Below, in pieces: positions 38,491-46,866 of a DNA stretch of 46,895 nt; position 1 is the stretch's first letter, and the number at the start of each line of letters is the position of its first letter. This stretch comes from Chloroflexota bacterium. Lineage in GTDB: Bacteria > Chloroflexota > Limnocylindria > QHBO01. The notes under the pieces are model-generated. The model was not told where the DNA came from. It did not search any database and saw nothing but the letters and a program-made list of their open reading frames with translations. Made by a program: the position numbers and the translations under genes. The stretch lies in the NCBI GenBank assembly GCA_040882375.1, contig JBBEBK010000008.1, positions 1-46,895 on the forward strand, in the 5' to 3' direction.

Positions 38491-38593
38491 CGCTCTTCGG
38501 GCTGCATGGACCGATGATATCGGTAGCCCGCCGGTATCCTTGCGATCGTCGCGTCCCCCGCACCAGCCCGTACTACCAGGAGCAGCCGCACCG

Positions 38594-39250
38594 ATGCAAC
38601 GCTGGGTCATCCTCGATGTCGGAGAGACGCTGATCGACGAGACCCGGGTCTGGTCCACCTGGGCCGATCAGCTCGGCATCCCGCGCCTCACGTTCATGGC
38701 GGCGCTCGGCGCGGAGATTGCCAGCGGAGGCCAGCACCATGACGTGTTCGCGCGCTTCGGCATCTCCACCTGGCGCGAGTGGGCGAGCTCCGCGGAAGTC
38801 GCCTACGCCGGGTTCCAGCCCCCCGACCTGTATCCCGACGCCCTGCGCTCGATGACCGCCCTGCGCAATCGCGGCTACCGCCTGGCGATCATCGCCAATC
38901 AGCCCGCCCAGCGGACGGCGGAGCTGCGTGCCCTCGGGGTCGAGGCGGAAGTGATGGCGATGAGCGCGGAGATGCAGCTCTCCAAGCCCGATCCGGCCTT
39001 CTTCGCGCGTGCGCTGGAGCTGCTCGGATCGCCGCCGCCCGGCGCGGTCGCCTACGTCGGTGACCGCGTCGAGAATGACGTGATCCCGGCCACCGAGGCG
39101 GGGATGCGCGCCGTCTGGATCCGCCGCGGTCCGTGGGGGCTCATCCAGCAGCTGCCGCCGGGGATCGTGCCCGCGCTGGTGGTGGATTCGCTCGACGAGC
39201 TGGTGGAGCGGATCGACGAGGCCTGGAGCGAGAGGCCGAACTCGGGCTAG
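38594..39250 (+). CDS. HAD-superfamily hydrolase (subfamily IA-like)
   Basis: ATG 38594 with AGGAG upstream. Motif I is VILDVGETLID, motif II IIANQP and motif IV YVGDRVENDV. Confidence 0.75.
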   Translation: MQRWVILDVGETLIDETRVWSTWADQLGIPRLTFMAALGAEIASGGQHHDVFARFGISTWREWASSAEVAYAGFQPPDLYPDALRSMTALRNRGYRLAIIANQPAQRTAELRALGVEAEVMAMSAEMQLSKPDPAFFARALELLGSPPPGAVAYVGDRVENDVIPATEAGMRAVWIRRGPWGLIQQLPPGIVPALVVDSLDELVERIDEAWSERPNSG

Positions 39251-40419
39251 GTCCGCTCCCCGATGCCGACGCTGCGTGCCAGCCGCTCCGCCGCGTTGAT
39301 CAGCAGCCGATCGGTGTCTGCCATCGCCTCCTCGAGGGTCAGCGGTCGATCGATGATCGGTTGCACCACGTCGAAGAGGCCCGATCCATCGAGGGCGGCG
39401 GCGCCATGTCCGAGCGCCCCGCACAGGAGGACGACCGATGCGCCGGCGTGACGGGCCAGCGTGGCCACTCCCATCGAGGCCTTGCCGGCAAGCGTCTGGT
39501 CGTCGGCGCGCCCCTCGCCGGTGATCACCAGGTCGGCCCCGACGAGCATCTCGGCGAGGCCGATCATCCCCGCCACGACATCGACTCCCGGCTCCAGCCT
39601 TGCATTCGTGAAGCCGAGCAGGCCGGCCGCCGTGCCGCCCGCGGCCCCCGCCCCGGGAGCATCTGCCACGGCCCGGCCGGTCGCGGCCTCGACCGCGCGC
39701 CCGAACACCCCGAGGGCGGCGTCCAGCTCCGCGATGGTGTCCGCATTGGCCCCCTTCTGCGGCCCGTAGGTCGCCGACGCGCCGACCGGTCCGCACAGGG
39801 GGTTCGTGACGTCCGACGCGATGACGATCTCCACCGAGGTGAGGCGCGGGTCGAGGCGGGTCGCGTCCACCCGCACCAGGTGCGCGAGCGCGGCGCCCCC
39901 GGGCGGCAACTCCGCTCCACCGGCATCTTCGAACCGTACCCCCAGCGCCGACAGCAGACCGGCCCCCCCGTCGTTGGTGGCCGACCCTCCCAGCCCGAGC
40001 ATGATCCGCTCGACCCCCGCATCCAGCGCGCCCCGCACCAGGTCACCCGTACCGCGGGTCGACGCGACGCGGACCGACGCGGCATTGCGCTCCGCGGGCG
40101 CCAGGCGCGCCAGCCCGGAGGCGGTCGCCATCTCGATGAACGCGGCGCGGCCCTCGTCGAACAGGAGCCAGTCGGCGACGACCGGGCGGCCGAGTGGGTC
40201 GGTGGTGGACATCGAACGTCGTTCCGCATGCGCTCCCAGCGCGGCCTCGAGGGCAGCCAGTGTCCCTTCGCCGCCGTCGGACATCGGGGCGCGCACGACG
40301 ATGTCGTCGGGGCGGGCGCGCAGCCAGCCAAGCGCCATCGCCTCGGTGACCGCGACCGAGTCGAGGGCGCCGCCGAAGGAATCGGGCGCCAGGACCACGC
40401 GGAGCACGCCGCCGCTCAT
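39247..40419 (-). CDS. glxK: glycerate kinase
   Basis: VVLAPDSFGG...MSDGGEGT...GGSATNDGGAG...VITGEGRADDQTLAGK are class-I glycerate kinase motifs. Its start codon shares one nucleotide with the stop of the upstream gene (TGATG). Confidence 0.88.
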   Translation of the reverse strand: MSGGVLRVVLAPDSFGGALDSVAVTEAMALGWLRARPDDIVVRAPMSDGGEGTLAALEAALGAHAERRSMSTTDPLGRPVVADWLLFDEGRAAFIEMATASGLARLAPAERNAASVRVASTRGTGDLVRGALDAGVERIMLGLGGSATNDGGAGLLSALGVRFEDAGGAELPPGGAALAHLVRVDATRLDPRLTSVEIVIASDVTNPLCGPVGASATYGPQKGANADTIAELDAALGVFGRAVEAATGRAVADAPGAGAAGGTAAGLLGFTNARLEPGVDVVAGMIGLAEMLVGADLVITGEGRADDQTLAGKASMGVATLARHAGASVVLLCGALGHGAAALDGSGLFDVVQPIIDRPLTLEEAMADTDRLLINAAERLARSVGIGERT

Positions 40420-42359
40420 CAGCCGAGCAGCTGCCTGCGGCGCTCGAGGTAGGCCGGCACGGTGTTGATCGGGGGCCGCAGCTCATCGCCGATCTCGCGC
40501 ACCTCCAGGTTGAACTGATCCGGCCCGCGGTTGATCAGCTTCATGCCGCGTCCCACCTCGGTCAGCAGCTCGATGCGGTGCCGCTCCTCGAGCTTGCGCA
40601 TCGCCGCCAGCAGGATCACGTACGACATCTGCGAGAGGTTGGCGAGCGGCTGGTTGCGGTGGACCCTGCGCTCGAGGTCCACCTGGCCGATGCCCGAGAG
40701 CCCCACTGCGTCCAGGATGTCCACCAGGAGCCCGGTCTCGACCGCGTAGCCGGTGAAGAACGAGACCGACTCAAGCAGCGCCCGCCGCCCGGCGTACTCG
40801 CCGGAGAGGGGCTGGATCATCCCGGACAGCTCGGGGAAGAACAGGTTGATGAGCGGGCGCGCCAGGAGCTCGGTGACGCGGCCACCGCCCTCGGCGACCA
40901 GCTTGTCACCCTCCCGGATCGGCCGCTGGTAGAAGCCCTTGACGTACTGGATGCGCGGTTCGCGCAGCAGCGGTCCGAGCAGGCCGAAGACGAAGCGCGG
41001 CTGGATATTGCGGATATCGGTATCGATCCAGGCAACGATGTCGCCGTCGAGCACGTGCAGGCTCTTCCAGAGTGCCTCGCCCTTGCCCGTATGAGAGCCG
41101 ACCTCGGGGAGGATTCGGCTGTGACGGACGACCGGGACCCCGAGCTCTCCGGCGATCTCCGCCGTCCGATCAGTTGAGTCGGAGTCGATCACCACGATCT
41201 GGTCGATCAGCGGCAGGCGGTCCATCAGCGGGCCCTTGATTCGCCGGATCACCTGCCCAATGGTCTGCTCCTCGTTGAGCGCGGGCAGTCCCAGGCTGAT
41301 CTTGAGACCCTGACGTTCCTTGAGATCGACCAGTTTGGCGACGTCGCGGAACTCGCCGGCGTGGAAGGTGTTCTCGGCGAACCAGCGATCGACCATGGTC
41401 GGCAGCGAGTGGCTGCGCTCGACGTACTCGTCGGCCGCCGCCAGCGATCCCTCTGCCGCCCGCAGCTCGTCGAAGGTGGCGCTGTCGGGGCTGGCCTTGG
41501 TCTTGACCACGATCACCGTCGGCTTGGCCTTGGAGGCAACCGCCTCCGCCACGATCCCGAACAGGAAGCGCCCATCGGCGGCCGCGTTCGCCGGCTGGGC
41601 CGATGCCCCCATCACGACCAGGTCGTGCCGTGCTGCTTCGCGAATGATGGCCCGCCGCACCGAGGCAGCCTCGACCAGCTTGCCGTTCAGCCGGCGCCCC
41701 TTGCCATGCTCCTCCACGAAGGCATCCAGCGCGGCCTGTTGCCGCTTGCGGGCCCGATCACCGATCTTCTCGGGTACCACGTGCAGGACCACCAGCTGGG
41801 CGCGGAACCGCTTCGCCAGGTCGCGCGCGACGCTCATCGCCAGCTCCGCATGCGGTCCGCCGCGGACCGGCACCAGGATCGACCGCACGCGCTCCAGGCC
41901 GCGCTGCTTGACCACCGCGATATCGCACGGCGACTCCCGCAGCACCGCATCGATCGTCGAGGTGAAGACCGGAGCGTCGGCCTCGTCGTGCGGCGTGTCA
42001 CGAGTGGCCCCGTGCGCGGCCGGCCCGCCCCAGCCGAAGATGACCAGGTCGGTGTTCTCCTCCCCGACCGCCTCGATGACGCCATCGGCAGCCCGTCGCC
42101 CGATCCGCACCATGGTCCGGATCTCCACCCCCTCCTCGTCGCCGAAGGTGAGGACCCGCTGAAGGAGCCGCCGCGCGGTCCGCGCCTGGATGGCGCCCTG
42201 CGACAGGGAGACCCCCTCCGGGACCTCCACGATCCCGAGCGCGGTGATCTCGGTGGTGCGTCCGGCCCGGATTCCAGCACCGATGCGGACCAGGTCGCCC
42301 GCGGTGCGCGGGTTGGCCAGGGGCAGCAGGATGCGATATGGACTGCGCCGGGCCGGCAT
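40419..42359 (-). CDS. gpgS: tandem universal-stress-protein (USP) domains fused to glucosyl-3-phosphoglycerate synthase (GT81)
   Basis: Two USP modules occupy the N-terminus (YRILLPLANP...LVIFGWGG and SILVPVRGGPHAELA...LVVMGAS). The C-terminal ~330 aa parallel mycobacterial GpgS: ISLGLPALNEEQTIG, VIDSDSTD, GKGEALWKSL, GGGRVTELLARPL, IQPLSGEYA and HRNQPL. Confidence 0.85.
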   Translation of the reverse strand: MPARRSPYRILLPLANPRTAGDLVRIGAGIRAGRTTEITALGIVEVPEGVSLSQGAIQARTARRLLQRVLTFGDEEGVEIRTMVRIGRRAADGVIEAVGEENTDLVIFGWGGPAAHGATRDTPHDEADAPVFTSTIDAVLRESPCDIAVVKQRGLERVRSILVPVRGGPHAELAMSVARDLAKRFRAQLVVLHVVPEKIGDRARKRQQAALDAFVEEHGKGRRLNGKLVEAASVRRAIIREAARHDLVVMGASAQPANAAADGRFLFGIVAEAVASKAKPTVIVVKTKASPDSATFDELRAAEGSLAAADEYVERSHSLPTMVDRWFAENTFHAGEFRDVAKLVDLKERQGLKISLGLPALNEEQTIGQVIRRIKGPLMDRLPLIDQIVVIDSDSTDRTAEIAGELGVPVVRHSRILPEVGSHTGKGEALWKSLHVLDGDIVAWIDTDIRNIQPRFVFGLLGPLLREPRIQYVKGFYQRPIREGDKLVAEGGGRVTELLARPLINLFFPELSGMIQPLSGEYAGRRALLESVSFFTGYAVETGLLVDILDAVGLSGIGQVDLERRVHRNQPLANLSQMSYVILLAAMRKLEERHRIELLTEVGRGMKLINRGPDQFNLEVREIGDELRPPINTVPAYLERRRQLLG

Positions 42360-43702
42360 CAGCCGCCACTCCGCGCGGCCTGCATCTCCGTCCAGCGCTT
42401 GACCAGGTATGGCTTCAGCCCCTCGAAGGCGAGGGCCTGCGCCTCGATCACGCGCTCGGCCTGGTCGGTCGTCATCTCGGCCGTCTCGGTGATGAAGCCC
42501 GCGGTCCGCGCGAAGTAGAGCGGCGTCAGGGCGGCCAGCAGGCGTTCACGGTCGATGCCGGGGCGATGGAACGCGACCAGCGCGTCGTACAGGCAGCGGA
42601 TCCACAGCTCTGCCGGGAACCCGAACGTGGCCGGCACGTCGCATTCGATGCCCATCACGCGCTCCAGTTGCTCGCCGGCGAGCATCTCGCTCCACGTATC
42701 GGTGTGCGTCAGGCGAGCCGCCTCGAAGTTGTCGATCAGCTTGGCGTGGTTGACGCTGATCTCCTCCGGCGCCACGACCCGCTCGAAGCCGTACTCGGGG
42801 ATCGGATGCGAACCGCGGACCTTCAGCCATCGGTCCGCGTAGTGCCCTGCCAACGTGAAGAGGGTGCCGACCACCTGGCGGAACATCGGTCCGAGGTCCG
42901 AGGCGGGATCCTTGGCGTCATGGATCTTGGCGCCCAGGCGCGCCTGGCAGGCGGCGAAGCCCTCGTTGATCGCCGTGTGCGTCATCCAGATGTCGATGCC
43001 GAATCGGGCGGTCAGCTCATCGAAGGTATCGAGCTCGAGGTATCGCTGCACCAGGTCGCCGCTCACCGCGAAGTCGCCGCCGATCGGCTGCCTGATGCGC
43101 GTGCCGTACAGCGCACGGGTGAGCGGGTAGGCGATGTTGTTGGTGATCGTGCCGTCGTACTTGTAGCGGGCGTACATCGGCGCCACGAAGTCGTAGCCGC
43201 CCTTGAGGATCGGTCCGGCCAGCAGCTCGACCCATTCCGGGACGATGCTGCGCAGATCCGAGTCGACCATCACCATGGCCTTCACGTCGAGCTCCCGGGC
43301 GACCTCGAACAGTGCCCGTACCGCGGTCCCTTTGCCGCTCGTCCCGTGGTAGGTGAAGCTGATGCGCTGCAGCTTGTGGCGCGGCCGGACCAGGATCACC
43401 CGTTCGATGTATTCGGGGCTCTCGGTGGTGATCGCCACGTGCGGCGTGTCATCGGGCGAGCCGCCGTCGGAGTTCACCAGGATCGGCTTGAGGTCCGGGA
43501 AGTACTGCACCATGCCGGCCGTGGCTGCGCGCACGACGTAGCCGATCGTCTCGGCATTCCCGAAACTGGGGATGCCCACCATCAGGTCGGCGCTGCCGAC
43601 GCGGCGGACCTGGCTCAGGCCCTCGGCGTCCAGCGCGGACTGCGGCGTCGGGGTAGGAGGGGGGGTCAGCGGAAGATCTCCTTCGGCCTCAAAGGGTAGC
43701 AC
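42359..43702 (-). CDS. GT-A-fold glycosyltransferase of uncertain specificity (glucosylglycerate / mannosylglucosylglycerate synthase-like)
   Basis: ADLMVGIPSFGNAETIGYVV...LVNSDGGSPDDT...MVDSDLR (DxD). The C-terminal half is helical. The start is uncertain: GTG 43702, ATG 43582, or the track ATG 43834. Its stop overlaps the gpgS start by one nt. Confidence 0.6.
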   Translation of the reverse strand: MLPFEAEGDLPLTPPPTPTPQSALDAEGLSQVRRVGSADLMVGIPSFGNAETIGYVVRAATAGMVQYFPDLKPILVNSDGGSPDDTPHVAITTESPEYIERVILVRPRHKLQRISFTYHGTSGKGTAVRALFEVARELDVKAMVMVDSDLRSIVPEWVELLAGPILKGGYDFVAPMYARYKYDGTITNNIAYPLTRALYGTRIRQPIGGDFAVSGDLVQRYLELDTFDELTARFGIDIWMTHTAINEGFAACQARLGAKIHDAKDPASDLGPMFRQVVGTLFTLAGHYADRWLKVRGSHPIPEYGFERVVAPEEISVNHAKLIDNFEAARLTHTDTWSEMLAGEQLERVMGIECDVPATFGFPAELWIRCLYDALVAFHRPGIDRERLLAALTPLYFARTAGFITETAEMTTDQAERVIEAQALAFEGLKPYLVKRWTEMQAARSGG

Positions 43703-43812
43703 GCAGGGAGGGTCCGACCCCGACCCTGGCCCGACTCGACAACACCTTGCCCGGGCCGGATCGGGAGGGCTACACTCAGTGCGCACCGCGCAAGCGGGGC
43801 GGGCGAGGGACG

Positions 43813-44418
43813 ATGCCCATATCCCCGATCCCAAAGGTGGAGACTGCGCGACATCGCGTGGTCTCCGTTGTATGTGCGGAGCGTACCGTGAACCTGACCC
43901 CCGAAGAGATCACCCAGGGAACCCCGATCGGCGAGGTTGATCGGCTGCTGCGCGGCACCGATCCGATCCTCGTCCGCGCCACCGACAGCCTGCAGCGGCT
44001 CGCCGAGCTGGCGATCGAGAGCCCGGGCTGCCGGGTCCTGTCGGTCGTCGATGACCAGGGGATGCTCATCGGCCTGGTGCCGGTCCGGCTCCTCGTGAAC
44101 GACATCTTCCTCAAGATCGTGCCCGAGGAGTTCCTGGGTGTCATCGCCGACGTGGAGGCCGTGATGGAATACGCCCGCCACATCGGGGCGCGCACCGCCG
44201 GGGACATCATGCTGCCGCCCGTCTCGGTGCGCCGCGATGCGACCGTGCGCGACGCCTTCGAAACGATGCACCACGCCCGGCTGTACGGGCTCCCGATCGT
44301 GGACGACGCCGATCGGGTGGTCAGCTACCTCGACCAGCTCGAGCTGCTGTTGGTCTGGGTGCGTGCCAGCGGGCGCGAGCCGCTTCTGCGTCCGAGCGCG
44401 GACACCGACCGGGGATGA
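43813..44418 (+). CDS. CBS-domain pair protein
   Basis: ATG 43813 is preceded by GAGGGA. Two CBS-like modules are present (VLSVVDDQGMLIGLV and GLPIVDDADRVVSYL). A TTGCCC-18 nt-TACACT promoter-like element lies at 43747-43776. Confidence 0.7.
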   Translation: MPISPIPKVETARHRVVSVVCAERTVNLTPEEITQGTPIGEVDRLLRGTDPILVRATDSLQRLAELAIESPGCRVLSVVDDQGMLIGLVPVRLLVNDIFLKIVPEEFLGVIADVEAVMEYARHIGARTAGDIMLPPVSVRRDATVRDAFETMHHARLYGLPIVDDADRVVSYLDQLELLLVWVRASGREPLLRPSADTDRG

Positions 44419-45686
44419 CCTTCACCGTCGTCGTCGGCCTGACGATCTTCCTGGCCACCTATGCGCTGATCGCAACCGAGCGGGTACACAAGACGATCGC
44501 CGCCATGGGTGGCGGCATCGCGATGATCCTGCTCGGCGTCGTCAGCCAGGAGCAGGCCTTCGAACACATCGACTTCAACGTCATCTTCCTGCTCGCCGGG
44601 ATGATGATCCTGGCGGGGATCATCCGGAAGACCGGAGTCTTCGGCTGGATGGCGGTGCGAGCGGCCCGCTTCGCCGGCGGCGATGCCTACCGAATCCTGG
44701 TGGTGATGAGCGTCATCACCGCCGTGGCGTCCGCCCTGCTGGACAACGTGACCACCGTCGTGCTGGTGGGTCCGATCACCCTCTTCCTCGCGGCCCGCCT
44801 TGGGATGAACCCGATGCCGCTCATCATCGCGGAGATCCTGGCGAGCAATATCGGCGGCACCGCCACGTTGATCGGCGACCCGCCGAACATCCTCATCGCC
44901 AGTGCGGCGGGGATAGACTTTGGCACCTTCTTCCTGAACATGGCCCCCCTGGCGCTCATCGTGCTGGTGCTCTTCCTGGTGGCTGCCCGATGGATCTTCC
45001 GCGGTCAGTTGGCGGTGGATCCGCAGATGCGTGACGTGCTCCTGGCGCTGGATGAACGCCACATGATTACCGACCCCCCGCTGATGCGCCGCTCGCTGGT
45101 CGTGCTCGGCCTGACCCTGCTGGGCTTCCTGCTTCACGGACCGCTCGGCTACCAGCCGGCGACCGTCGCGCTGACCGGCGCCGTCGCGCTGATGGTGGTC
45201 GCCCGGGAGAGTCCGCAGGACGTGCTGCGCGAGGTGGAATGGCCGACCCTCTTCTTCTTCATCGGCCTCTTCATGCTCATTGCCGGCGTGATCGAGATCG
45301 GCATGATCACCGCGATTGCCGCTGCCCTGACCGACGTGACCGGCGGCGCGCTCGCCGGCGGGGCGATGGTCATCCTGTGGCTCTCGGCGGTCCTTTCCGG
45401 CGTGGTCGACAACATCCCGTACACTGCCACGATGCTCCCCGTCGTGGCGGAAATGTCGGCGCCGCACCCTGGCTCGCAGGCGCTGTGGTGGGCGCTGGCG
45501 GCAGGTGCGGACCTCGGCGGCAACGCCACCATCATCGGCGCCAGCGCGAACGTGATCCTGGCGAGCATGGCGGAACGCGAGGGGCACCCGATCGGCTTCT
45601 GGACCTTTATGAAGTACGCCGGCCCGGTGACGCTCGGCAGCATCTTGGTGTCCACGGTCTACATCTGGCTGCGCTACCTCATCTGA
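44415..45686 (+). CDS. ArsB/NhaD-superfamily (CitMHS-type) anion/ion permease
   Basis: 423 aa, multi-TM. The motifs LLDNVTTVVL, SNIGGTATLIGDPPNILI, VVDNIPYTATMLP and GGNATIIGASANV are typical of the two-fold repeat of this superfamily. A 4-nt overlap links it to the CBS gene. Confidence 0.8.
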   Translation: MTFTVVVGLTIFLATYALIATERVHKTIAAMGGGIAMILLGVVSQEQAFEHIDFNVIFLLAGMMILAGIIRKTGVFGWMAVRAARFAGGDAYRILVVMSVITAVASALLDNVTTVVLVGPITLFLAARLGMNPMPLIIAEILASNIGGTATLIGDPPNILIASAAGIDFGTFFLNMAPLALIVLVLFLVAARWIFRGQLAVDPQMRDVLLALDERHMITDPPLMRRSLVVLGLTLLGFLLHGPLGYQPATVALTGAVALMVVARESPQDVLREVEWPTLFFFIGLFMLIAGVIEIGMITAIAAALTDVTGGALAGGAMVILWLSAVLSGVVDNIPYTATMLPVVAEMSAPHPGSQALWWALAAGADLGGNATIIGASANVILASMAEREGHPIGFWTFMKYAGPVTLGSILVSTVYIWLRYLI

Positions 45687-45690
45687 GCCG

Positions 45691-46866
45691 GTGGACCACC
45701 TCGCCTCCACCCTGACCCAGCTTTTCGTCGTCCTGTTGGCGGCCAAGATCGGCGACGAGATCTTCAAGCGGATGGGCCAGCCGGCGCTGGTTGGTGAGAT
45801 CCTCGGTGGCGTGCTGGTCGGCCCCGCCGTGCTGGGCATCTACCGGGTGACGCCCGAGACCGAGCTCTTCGCCGAGATCGGGGTGGTCCTTCTCCTTTTC
45901 CAGGTCGGCGTCGAGACGCGCATCGGCGATCTGCTGCGAGTTGGCGGCACGGCTGCCTCGGTCGGAGTCATGGGCGTCATCCTCCCCATGGGCGGCGGCC
46001 TTGCACTGGGAGCGGTCCTGGGCTACCCGATCGAGGTGAGTGTCTTCCTGGGGGCCGCACTCACCGCGACGAGCGTCGGCATCACCGCCCGGGTGCTCGA
46101 CGACCTCGGCGCCATGGCCAGCCAATCGGGCCGGGTGATCCTTGGCGCGGCGGTGATCGATGACGTGTTGGCCATGCTCATCATGGCGTTCGCAAGCGGG
46201 CTGGCCGCGGGTAGCGTCTCCGCCGGTCAGCTCGCCACGCTGGTGGGGCTGGCCGGGGCCTTCATCGGGATCGTGCTGCTGGTCGGCACCCGGGTGCTGC
46301 GCACCCGGCCATCTATCCTCACCGACCCGGAGTTTGCCGCGACCCCCTTCCTGCCCGGGATGATCCTCATGCTCGGGCTTGCGGCCCTCGCCGCCCTGAT
46401 CGGCCTGGCGGCGATCATCGGAGCCTTCCTGGCGGGAATGGTGGTCGGCGAGTCGAGCGAGCGGCACGCCCTCGAGGAGGAGGTGGCACCGGTCGCCGCC
46501 TTCTTCACGCCGTTCTTCTTCGGGTTCATCGGCGCCCAGGTGAACCTGGGCGCGCTTGCGGACCCGCTCACTCTCGCCCTGCTCGCCGGACTCACCGTGC
46601 TGGCGGTGATGACCAAGTTCGCCGGGGCGTTCGCCGGGGCGATCCGGCTGGGGCGGCAGCGGGCGGCGCTGATCGGCTGGGGGATGGTGCCGCGCGGCGA
46701 GGTCGGCATCGTCGTGGCAGGACTCGGCCTGGGCGCCGGAGCCATCAGCAGCCAGCTGTACAGCGTGGTTGTCGGCATGGCGGTGCTGACCACGCTCATG
46801 GTGCCGCCACTGATGGCCCCGCTGGTGCGGCGCGCAGAGCCGGGAGCAGCCGAGCCGGGGCAATAG
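45691..46866 (+). CDS. CPA2-family cation:proton antiporter (membrane domain only)
   Basis: LAAKIGDEIFKRMGQPALVGEILGGVLVGPAVLG is a NapA/Kef-like TM1-2. 391 aa, no RCK domain. GTG start 5 nt after the preceding stop. Confidence 0.8.
   Translation: MDHLASTLTQLFVVLLAAKIGDEIFKRMGQPALVGEILGGVLVGPAVLGIYRVTPETELFAEIGVVLLLFQVGVETRIGDLLRVGGTAASVGVMGVILPMGGGLALGAVLGYPIEVSVFLGAALTATSVGITARVLDDLGAMASQSGRVILGAAVIDDVLAMLIMAFASGLAAGSVSAGQLATLVGLAGAFIGIVLLVGTRVLRTRPSILTDPEFAATPFLPGMILMLGLAALAALIGLAAIIGAFLAGMVVGESSERHALEEEVAPVAAFFTPFFFGFIGAQVNLGALADPLTLALLAGLTVLAVMTKFAGAFAGAIRLGRQRAALIGWGMVPRGEVGIVVAGLGLGAGAISSQLYSVVVGMAVLTTLMVPPLMAPLVRRAEPGAAEPGQ

Noticed and set aside
38510-38524. ACCGAT-gat-ATCGGT palindrome in the Kef/HAD divergent region as an operator
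   Set aside because: The arms are only 6 bp and there is a single occurrence. It could equally be chance or part of a -10 region, which is too weak to call.
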